The translations under genes and the position numbers were made by a program. A stretch of DNA of 64,000 nucleotides from Octopus vulgaris (lineage: Eukaryota), in NCBI GenBank assembly GCA_951406725.2, contig OX597824.1:88102001-88166000 (forward strand), written 5' to 3'. The notes below the pieces were generated by a model. That model saw nothing but the letters and a program-made list of their open reading frames with translations, was not told where the DNA came from and ran no database searches. Shown here one piece after another: positions 54,514-64,000 of the stretch; position 1 is the first letter of the stretch, and the number at the start of each line of letters is the position of its first letter.

Positions 54514-54685
54514 ATGTTGAAAGTGACCCTTTTTCCAGACCGACAGGTAAGACTACCGTAATTCTCTCTTCACTTCCATCTTTTTCTTCCTTTACATCAC
54601 ATATGCAACGGGCTTCTTCCAGTTTTTATCAACCTAATCAACTCACAAACCTTTGGTAAATGTAATAGGAGGCACATAGAAGACA

Positions 54686-54987
54686 GTGGAGGCATATGGC
54701 CGAGTGGTTAGTGCAGCGGACTCGCGGTTGAAGGATCGTGGGTTCGAATCTCAGACCGGGTGATGTGTGTGTTTATGAGCGAAACACCTAAGCTCCACGC
54801 GGTTCCTGCAGAAGGTAATGGCGAACTTCTGCTGACTCTTTCGCCACAACTTTCTCTCACTCTTTCCTCCTGCATCTTGCAGCTTACCTGCGACGGACTA
54901 GCGTGCCGTCCAGGTGGGGAACCTATACGCCAAGGAAACCGGGAAACTGGCCCTTATGAGCCAGGCATGGCTCGAGAAGGAACAAAC
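54686..54987 (+). mobile_element. tRNA-derived SINE (family C type)
   Basis: GTGGAGGCATATGGCCGAGTGGTTAG...GGTTCGAATCTC head. Confidence 0.88.
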
Positions 54988-55056
54988 ATAGAAGACACAC
55001 AACCATTGCCTGTGCCTATCATAAAGCAATTTACTTCATGTCGCTGTAGCATATGA

Positions 55057-55250
55057 TGTAGAAGGACATCATGCTCAGAATGGTCAGTGACAAGAGAGGA
55101 AGAGGCCAACCAAGAACCCGCTGGCTTGACACCATCAGGAGTTATACCGGAATGGACATGGCCAATCTGAAGGAAGCGGCCCAGGATAGAACTGACTGGA
55201 GGACACTGATCCAATGAGTGACCGAGAGTCGACTTTGACTGAGCAGATAG
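55057..55250 (+). mobile_element. RTE/BovB-like LINE C-terminal fragment
   Basis: KDIMLRMVSDKRGRGQPRTRWLDTIR...AAQDRTDWRTLI. Confidence 0.8.
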
Positions 55251-56087
55251 GGAGAGAGTAGCATATTTAGGTCAAGTCTGTATCGAGGAACATCCATTTT
55301 TCTGTAAATGATACGGAAAGAAACTCTAGATTTCAACACAGCAAGGTAACAAAACAGTTGCCTCTGTTGGTTCTGCTAACCACTGTTCTCTCTTCAAACA
55401 ACAACAGTAAACAAATAACACTGAGGATTAAGTTTAGTTTATCAACAGTAAATAACAAATATGTTTGATTAATAACAATTCAAGCTAATTGGAATTGAAA
55501 ATTTCTTTAATCAAGTGTCTATGCTTGTGTTTCTGTGTTTATTTGTATGAAAGTATGTGTATCCATATGTGTGTGTCAGCTAGAATATGGTATAGTGTAA
55601 ATATTACATGAGAGCATTTATGTGTAAGTAAGGAGATTGTGTGTACAGAACAAGGTAAGAGTGGTGAGTGTGAGCTATGATGTAAACTGAGTGCTTTGAT
55701 GTGTGTGTGTGTGTGTGATGTTGTATTGGCTGGTGTGATTGTGGTGGATCTGTGTTTGCGTATGCAAAGTGCTTTGTGTGGGAGAAAGTAGGTGGGATGT
55801 GTGAGTTTGTATGTGATTGCGTATATGTGATTATACGCATTGATATATGTGTGCATATGTGCATGCCTGTGTATGTGAATGAAAGAGAGACTGTATGTAT
55901 GTATGTATGTATGTATATGACTGCATGAGTGTGTGTGTATGTGGGTTAACCTATTTTTAAGTTAAGCTGCTAAAGCTATTAGATGTCATTAACAATTAAT
56001 TTATCATTATCAATTTCACAAGCATCCATGTTCACAACTCTGTTCTAATTACCTTACAACAACATAGCCATTTCCCTTTACTATATT

Positions 56088-56303
56088 CGAAGGGTGCTGA
56101 AAAGTTCCTGGCTTTAAGGGTACAATTAAAGCCCTAGTTGGTGGTCCAACCTTCTGAGTTCTTTTTACAGGGCTTAGAAAAACTGAAGGACCACTGCAAT
56201 AAGTGTGTGAATCTGAAAAGGGAATATGTTGAATAAAATCATAATTAATTGACCCTTCTGTATTTTCTTTTACTCAAAGCCAGGGACTTTTCAGCATCCC
56301 CTG
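56088..56303. mobile_element. Tc1/mariner-type MITE
   Basis: GGGTGCTGAAAAGTTCCTGGCTTT / AAAGCCAGGGACTTTTCAGCATCCC. Confidence 0.8.
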
Positions 56304-56349
56304 TGTGTGTGTGTGTGTGTGTGCACGTGTGTGTGAGTGTGTGTGTTCT

Positions 56350-56752
56350 TTTTTTATTCTTTTATTTGTCTCAGTCATTTGACCGTGGCCACGCTAGAGC
56401 ACTGCCTTTAGTCGAGCAAATCGACCCCTGGACTTATTCTTTGTATGCCTAGTACCTATTCCATCAGTCTCTTTTGCCGAACTGCTAAGTTACGGGCACG
56501 TAGACACACCATCATCAGTTGTCAAGCGATATTGGTGGGACAAACATAGGCACACAAACATATACACACACATACATATATACATATATACGATGGGCTT
56601 CTTTCAGTTTCCATCTACCAAATCTACTCACAAGGCTTTGGTCAGCCCGAGGCTATAGTAGAAGACACTTGCCCAAAGTGCCATGCTGTGGGACTGAACC
56701 CAGAACCATGTGATTGGTAAGCAAGCTTCTTACCACAGCCACTCCTGCGCCT
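56350..56752 (-). mobile_element. SINE family A
   Basis: Homology to other copies. Confidence 0.85.
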
Positions 56753-56879
56753 ATATTCTGGCAAATAAATATTTTGTTATTGTCATAATTGCCATTATCG
56801 TTATCATCATCAACATCATCATCAACATTGTCATCACCATTGTTATCATCGCCAACATTGTTGTTGCTGTTTGTTTGTT

Positions 56880-57240
56880 TGTTGAGCGAAGCGGTCTTCG
56901 TCCTGGGAGAAGTCCGAAACGTGGTCCTTTGCTATTCGTAAAACCCGCAGAAGAGAAAGCAGGTCAAGCCCCGACACCGAGAGCATCGACAGATGGATGA
57001 ATGCACATCCAGGCTCAGCGGTTACGTAGGAAGTCGGGGACAAGAAACAGGAAGAAAGAGTGAGAGAGAAAGATGGGGCAAAAGAGTACAACAGGGGTCA
57101 CCACCACCCCCTGCCGGAGCCTTGTGGAGCTTTAGGTGTTTTTGCTCGGTAAACACACACGACGCCCGGTCTGGGAATCGAAACCACGATCCTTCAACCG
57201 CGAGTCCGCTGCCCTAACCACTGAGCCATTGCGCCTCCAC
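56880..57240 (-). mobile_element. SINE family C head with a distinct 3' tail
   Basis: Head as at 17596; tail ends CGCTCAACAAACAA. Confidence 0.85.
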
Positions 57241-57660
57241 TGTTGTTGCTGTAGTTTTTATCGTCACCATTACAATCATTGTCATCGTCATTGCTGTTAT
57301 TGTTATTGTTATTGTAGTTGTTGTTGTTGTTGTTATTGTTGTAGTTGTTTTTGTTGTTGTTGTTTTCATTCTCCATCCCCGCCCACTTTCAAAGTTTGTA
57401 AGAGTTTTTTTCAAGCATTTTGAATAGACACCCATTGTTTCCTTTGGCACCACAGTGGACTTCACTAAGTAAGCACTTGTCATATTATGGGTTACTCTAA
57501 GAACAGTCTTCTCTTATATTGTATTTTATTTGGAAACCAATGGAAATTTCTCACGTCTCCTATTTAGTCCCAATTCACTGCCACCAAGCACTTCTCTACT
57601 AATAAGGATTATTAAAAATTACGAATTATGAGATGTTTATTTTCATAAATAAATAAATAA

Positions 57661-58172
57661 ATGCGCCCTTTCAAAGCCTAGCCAGGCTCATGGGCCGGGT
57701 TTCCTGGTTTCTGTTTCTATGGCGTATGTGTTCCTGGGCTGGATGGAACACCAGTCCATCGCAGCGTTACTGATCTTTGCCAGCTGAGTGGACTGGAGCA
57801 ACGTGAAATGAAATGTTTTGCTCAAGAACACAACTAGTTGCCCGGTCCAGGAATTGAAACCACAATCTTACGAACATGATGCTGGCACCCTAACCACTAA
57901 GCCACACGCCTCCACAAAAATAAATGCGCCCTGTTAAAGCCTAGCCAGGCTCATGGGCCTGGTTTCCCGGTTTCTATGGCATATGTGTTCCCCAGCTGGA
58001 TGGAACACCAGTCCATTGCAGCGTTACTCATTTTTGCCAGCTGAGTGGACTGGAGCAATGTGAAATGAAGTGTTTTGCTCAAGAACACAACGCGTCGCCC
58101 GGTCAAGGAATCGAAACCACAATCTTACGATCATGATGCTGACACCCTAACCACTAAGCCACATGCCTCCAC
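57661..58172 (-). mobile_element. Head-to-tail tRNA-SINE dimer
   Basis: Same units and near-identical junction as 37301-37805. Confidence 0.88.
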
Positions 58173-58600
58173 ATTTATTTTCCTGGAATAAGAAAACAAG
58201 TTGGTGGTTCTGGACATGGCATGTCATCTAAGTCAATGACTTGAAGCTAGAAACAGTGTATGTCTTAAGGCTAGATGGACTTGAAATGCTCTGATGTTGG
58301 TGATACTTTGTACCTTAACTAAGGCAAGGTGGTTATACCTCTATTTATTAGCGTTAGCAGGAGACTGGAATTTCATTTAAGAAGCATGCTTGGACCATGT
58401 GGAAGAGTCTGATAAGAACAAGGAAAGAAAGTTTCCAGAATCTACAAAGAAAAATCTCCTGACAAGCATTTGATATTTCATCTCAAATATGTATAGTAGA
58501 CGCTACCAGTTATGTTTATGCTATTTCCACTATAAATATTACAAGTGTGTGACTTGAACTAACTGTGACTTGAACCATTAGCCTGATACAGTTTTTATAT

Positions 58601-58941
58601 ATCGTGAAGTATATTTGCCATTTAAATATGGCTAACCCCTAAGGGTGGATGCTACTGTAGCTTGTCGCCCCAGGAGGACACCTCCTCCAGCTGTCTATAG
58701 ACACACTTTCTGTGCCCTATCAGTATTTGCAAAGGGAAGCCATCCTTCCCATCTTCAACCTATGATACATACGGACTTGAGTTTCTGGGTATTGACCCGT
58801 CATCGGCATATGACAATCGTGGCTGTTGATGAAAAATGTGTCTATAGCCAGCTGGAGGAGGTGTCCTCCTGGGGCTACAAGCTACAGTGGCATCCACCCT
58901 TAGGGGTTAGCCATATTTAAATGGCAAATATTCTTCACGAT
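58601..58941. mobile_element. Fold-back element (~108 bp arms) with a hammerhead in the spacer
   Basis: ATCGTGAAG.ATATTTGCCATTTAAATATGGCTAACCCCTAAGGGTGGATG is mirrored at 58889-58941. Confidence 0.85.
58768..58812 (-). ncRNA. Type I hammerhead motif (C at position 4)
   Basis: CATATG-CCGATGA-C-GGGT-CAAT-ACCC-A-GAAA-C-TCAA-GTC^CGTATG; 6-bp stem I. Confidence 0.6.
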
Positions 58942-59046
58942 GTGTTGCAGCTACTGTTTATACCTCACTCAGAGATTTATTTTTGAGTTTTTATATACTT
59001 CTAATTACTGGAAGTTCAGAAAACCGTTTCAAAGATATATTTTTTT

Positions 59047-59385
59047 GAGACCTCCTTCGGTCATGACTGACCGTAGGGTTGCACCTAGAAAGTTACCCTC
59101 CCAGGCACAAGTCTGGGCAAGGTTGTTTATGGAAGACCAGCAGTCGCCCATGCATACTGGCCTCCCCTCTCCACGCCTCCAGTGTTATCCAAGGGAAAGG
59201 CAAAGGGGCCGATACAGCTTGGCACCTGTGACGTCGCAACTCATTTCTACAGCTGAGTAAACTGAAGCAACATGAAATAAAGTGTCTCGCTCAAGAGCAC
59301 AACACGCAGCCCGGTCCAGGATTCGAACTCACAACCTAACGATCGTAAGCTCCATGCTCTAACCACTGATCCATGTGCCTTCACA
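59047..59385 (-). mobile_element. SINE family F
   Basis: Homology to 38093-38430. Confidence 0.88.
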
Positions 59386-59836
59386 AAGATATATAAAAAT
59401 ACCCGTCAGAACCAGATTATAGAATTAAAATAGCTTTCATAGTCAGCTTTATAATTAATTAATGGAAGATAGCACTTAAAGACAGGGTGAAACAGGGGAT
59501 AGTTAGGTTCAGTAATAATCTAGCAACAGATAATAGTAGATTTCAAATCAGTTGGTTAACTAAATAAAGGTTTACTGAAAAGATAACACTACTAACACAG
59601 GATGGGGAGAATAGCTCTTGGGAATTCCTTCAATATTAAACAGCCAGTAAGTTGTTAAAGCAAGGAGACATGCATTAAGACATCATCATCATCATCATCA
59701 TCATCATCTTTTAACGTCCATGTCCCATGTAGTCATGGGTTAGATGGTTTGACAGAATCCAATGAGTTCAAGAAACTGTGTTGTGGCCCAGTGTCTGCTT
59801 TAGCATGATTTCTATGGCTAGATACCTTGTTCTCCA

Positions 59837-60405
59837 TCAGTTATCATGATGAGATTTCCAGTTGATCCAATTAATGGAACAGCCTGCTTGTGAAATTAAC
59901 ATGCAAGTGGCTGAGTACTCCACAAACATGTATAGCCTTAACATAGTTTTTTGTGTCTGGGGAGAGTCATTTTCTTTTTGTGCCTTATAATGTAAGAATC
60001 AAGACTATTGAAAAGGTTGCAAGATGCAACGAAAATTTTAGGAAAATAAAAATAAGAAATAAGTGGAAATTTTACCGGTGAGTGCGTTACATTATAAGGC
60101 ACAAAAAGAAAATGACTCTCCCCAGACACAACAGAATATGCTTCAACACACGAACTCATATAAAGAATCTTGCAAACAAAATCCAAAAGCGAAACTTAAC
60201 ATAGTTCTTAAGGAGATCCAGTGTGACACAGAATGTGACAATGCTGACCATTTGGCACACAGGTACAACTCACTTTCGTCAGCTGAGTGTACTGGAGTAA
60301 CATAAAATAAAGTGTCTTGCCCAAGGATATAACATACCCCCGGGAATCGAACTCACGACTTTATGGTCATGAACTGATTATGCTAACCACTAAGCCATGC
60401 ACCTT
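59837..60405 (-). mobile_element. SINE family E interrupted by a PLE-like insert (59949-60194)
   Basis: 12-bp TSD CTTAACATAGTT at 59937-48 and 60195-206. Confidence 0.85.
60005..60041 (+). ncRNA. Hammerhead-like motif, U3-A8 core variant
   Basis: CTA-TTGAAAA-G-GTTGC-AAGAT-GCAAC-GAAA-A-TTT^TAG. Confidence 0.5.
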
Positions 60406-60457
60406 TGAACCATTTTACAGCATATACTGGGTTCTTTTTCATGCCACTGGTACTAGC

Positions 60458-60868
60458 AAGGTGGTGAGCTGGCAGAATCGTTAGCATGCCAGGTGAAATG
60501 CTTAGCAGTATTTCGTCTGCCGCTACGTTTTGAGTTCAAATTCCGCCGAGGTCGACTTTGCCTTTCACCCTTTCGGGGTCGATAAATTAAGTACCAGTTG
60601 CGTACTGGGGTCGATATAATCGACTTAATCAGTCTGTCTGTCCTTGTTTGTCTCCTCTGTGTTTAGTGAAAAAATAGAAATAGGTATTTCGTCTGCCACT
60701 ACGTTCTAAGTTCAAATTCCGCCGAGGTCGACTTTGCCTTTCATCTTTTTGGGGTCAATTAAATAAGTACCAGTTACGTACTGGGGTCGATATAATTGAC
60801 TTAATCAGTCTGTCTGTCCTTGTTTGTCCTCTCTGTGTTTAGCCCCTTGTGGGTAGTAAAGAAATAGG
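60458..60868 (+). mobile_element. SINE family B with two body modules
   Basis: TSD GGTACTAGCAAGGT. Confidence 0.88.
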
Positions 60869-61495
60869 TACTAGCAAGGTCACTATGTAGCTCATAAGAC
60901 TATGAAACCTGGAATAGAGGGTGGCAGCTTAATGCTAGGAGAGAAGGGGTTAGAGTGTGAAAGAACAGAGGGGGAAAAAGCAGGTTGTTGTTTTGCAGAG
61001 GAGTTACATGGCTACTTACATTTAGAGTAAAAATAGGTGTTACTAGTTCAAAGAGATAAACAGTGATGAGAAGTTGCCCAGGTAATTCCTCAAGGTACAA
61101 GGTGAGTAGAAGTGAATGAACTTTTGAAATTTTTTTTTAAATTTCATCTTTTAATTTTTTAATTTTTTAAATCTTTTAATTTTTTCATTTTGTCCTTTTT
61201 CTGCCTTTTTCATCATTTTTCCTTCGTTGTTCAATTCTTTCATCTTTCATTCTCAGCTTTCGGTTTCCCCATCACTAATTGCTAACTTCTCAACTACCAA
61301 TCACTTCCTTCTACCTGTTCATTCCTCCTGACTTAGCTTTACTTCTCTTAGCATAGCACCTGCTCTCACCATTCTATTACGGTGTTACCTTGTTATTTCT
61401 CTGTACGAAACTGTGTTCACATGGGTCGAAGCTGCAAGAGCGTATGGGAGCAAAAGAGATGGGCAAATAGATGGGAACGGAAGCAAACAATAGAA

Positions 61496-62040
61496 CATCA
61501 TCATCATCATCATTATCGTTTAACATCCGCTTTCCATGCTAGCATGGGTTGGATGATTTGACTGAGGTCTGGGAAACCAGATGGCTGAACCAGGCTCCAA
61601 TCTTGATCTGGCAGAGTTTCTACAGCTGGATGCCCTTCCTAACGCCAACCACTCTGAGAGTGTAGTGGGTGCTTTTTACGTGCTACCGGCACGGGGGCCA
61701 GTAAGGCGGTACTGGCAACAGTCATGCTCAAATTTTTTTACGCATGCCACCGGCACAAGTGCCAGTAAGGCGACACTGGTAATGATCACACTTAAATGGT
61801 GTCTTTTAAATGCCACCAGCACGGAAGCCAGTTAGCCACCCTGGCAATGATCACGTTCAGATAGTGCTCTTAGCACCCTACAAGCACAGGCACAAGTGCC
61901 AGTAAGGCGACACTGGTAACAATCACACTCAAATGGTGCCTTTTAAGTGCCACTGGCATGGAAGCCGGTTAGCCGCTCTGTCAACGATCACACTCGTATG
62001 GTGCTCTTTGCACCCTGCTAGCACGGATGCCAGTCATCGA
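61496..62040 (-). mobile_element. RTE LINE 3' UTR with tandem repeats
   Basis: (CAT)n then TTTAACATCCGCTTTCCATGCTAGCATGGG, followed by repeated GCCA..GGCAC units. Confidence 0.85.
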
Positions 62041-62329
62041 GAAACCAAGTGGCTAAGGCTCAGCATGGCAAACTAACCACATTATGATCACTATGGACTC
62101 AGAACATAAAAAGTTAATTTCTTGGCTGAGATGATCAACTCCATCTTAGATTTGTTTGATATGTATCATTACTGGATGCATGCTTATAACATTGTTAAAA
62201 GCAGAACCAGAACAACTTGACCAAGGGGCTAGCTAATATATTCATCTTTGTCTTTTACAGGCTAAACAACATCAACAACAATATTTGTAGCCTTTTACCA
62301 ATATTGTTGTTGTTGTTATTAGTATTATT

Positions 62330-63550
62330 ATTATAATCATTATTTAAGATATCACACTATATCCAATATCATGAGGTTGTTGATTGAAGCTATTGTGTCT
62401 ACAAGGGGCTTATACTGTTTGTCAAGTCACAAAAGGGCCTCAGGCAGACAGTACTTTATGCAATATACATGCAGTTCCAAGTAATGCCAATTTTTGCAAT
62501 ATACCTAGATTGTAGGTACTTCTAAAGTTTCCAGATGTTTCTTCAAGTTGGGTGGTATTGAACCCAATGCTCCAATGACAATAGGGACAACCTTTATCTT
62601 TGACTCTCATAGCTGCCACATCTTGGCGATCTCAATTCTCAGGTCACCATATTTATCAACTTTTTCCTCTTTCTTTCATGATAATATGTTGATCTCCTGG
62701 CACTGCTCCCTCGATTATTAGGCTCTCTTGTTTGTCCCTCCTAAAGATTACTATATCTGGCCTTTGGTGCTCTAACACCTTGTCTGTCTGGAAATCAAAG
62801 TCTCAGAGGATTTTTGCCTTCCCCTTTTTGTCCATTACCTTTTCCAGTGTATGTTGGTACCAGGCACCAGTTACCTCATATCCAGACTTCTGGCATAGTA
62901 GCCAGTGAAGGTTTTGGACTACCTTGTCAGGTCTGCACTTGTAGTCTTTCTGTGCAAGACTTCCACAAGCACTAACAATATGAGTCACACTTTCAACTCT
63001 CTTCCCACACATTCTGCAGAGGTTCGTTGCACTTGTGTGTTACATATCCCTTTTCATTGAGTTAGTATTCAATGCCTGATCCTAGGCAGCGATGATTAGG
63101 CTTTCAGCCTTCTTTTTAAGTCATCATTACTGAGCCACCTCCATGATGCTACCTGGTCTTCTAAGTTGCTAGCTTCATGGTGGAACCGACCATGTAATTC
63201 CATGTGAAATAGAGTTTCATTTCCCTTATTTGTTATTCATGATCAGAATTCATTAGCACTCTCAAGGTCATTTTTAGTAAATCTTTCTACATTAGCAGCA
63301 TACTGTAACAGGTCTTGTTTGCTGTTTACCAAATATTCTGCCATGTTTCTTCTTTCACTGTTTTTGCACTCCTGTATACTAATCAACACACATCCAACTT
63401 TACACCTCTTCATGTAGAGCCTGTGTACATTCACTTTAGGGTGGAGGGCACTATGCGTTTTCATTGTCTTTCGAGTAGTGCGATTGAGTTGGTTAGTCTT
63501 CACTCATGTCCATTTCAGGATGGGTGCACTATAATAGACTACGCAACAGC
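62330..63550 (-). mobile_element. R4/Dong-clade non-LTR retrotransposon 3' part (CCHC knuckle plus restriction-like endonuclease), decayed
   Basis: LHPKVNVHRLY, CRMCGKRVESVTHIVSAC, YKCRPDKV, QTDKVLEHQRPDIVI, KVDKYGDLRIEI, VVPIVIGALGSIP, ALLGTA; contains stops and frameshifts. Confidence 0.9.
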
Positions 63551-63614
63551 CTCCCCGTACATAACTTTGTGTCCCCCTACATGGCCTTGCTTTTTGCTTT
63601 TTGAGCCAAAAAAT

Positions 63615-63633
63615 TAACTTAACTTAACTTAAC

Positions 63634-63679
<46 letters not shown>

Positions 63680-63696
63680 CATCATCATCATCATCA

Positions 63697-63751
<55 letters not shown>

Positions 63752-63780
63752 CATCATCATTATCATCATCATCATCATTT
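63615..63780. repeat. (AACTT)n then (ATT)n/(ATC)n microsatellite
   Basis: Direct. Confidence 0.95.
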
Positions 63781-64000
63781 ACGGTTTTCTTTCATTATAA
63801 CACTATTTCAGCTGCCTTAATACTGGGCATCCCCCGGAGGCCAAGAGTAGCAAGGGCCCTTTTGTTTTGCTATGCATGCTAAAATTATCATCACATTTAT
63901 TCCATTTTAGATGGAGAGTGCTTCCCATAGTATATGGGCTGAACCCATCAAGGTTATCTTTCGTAGTTCATGGAGATTGGAGTTAACAGGGAGTTGCTTA

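Overview
This window is AT-rich eukaryotic DNA dense in microsatellites and transposon remnants. The SINE, LINE and MITE inventory and the (TA)n/(CA)n/(GATA)n/(GAT)n load suggest a coleoid cephalopod such as Octopus; this is an inference from repeat recognition, not a search. I find no convincing host protein-coding gene. Nearly all long ORFs in the track are translated microsatellites or SINEs, so the window is probably intergenic or a large intron. Recognisable coding remnants are all mobile-element fragments: a mariner transposase, RTE-clade LINEs (APE endonuclease, RT, C-terminus, 3' UTR), two R4/Dong-clade LINEs and a CR1/L2-type 3' end. Non-autonomous elements include several tRNA-derived SINE families, piggyBac-like, Tc1/mariner-like, hAT-like and 8-bp-TSD MITEs, and one Helitron. 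The most notable signal is about 12 minimal type I hammerhead-ribozyme motifs from at least 6 short repeat families. They sit mostly in (TA)n-flanked and often fold-back segments, resembling Penelope-like pLTRs or non-LTR retrozymes, and include natural core variants (U3-A8, U6, C4, extended stem II). Also notable are a nested TE stack containing an exact 66-bp templated copy of nearby DNA, a TTAA-bounded composite piggyBac-like unit present three times, and a PHD-like finger inside an RTE reverse transcriptase. Coordinates were read by eye and boundaries of decayed elements are approximate.
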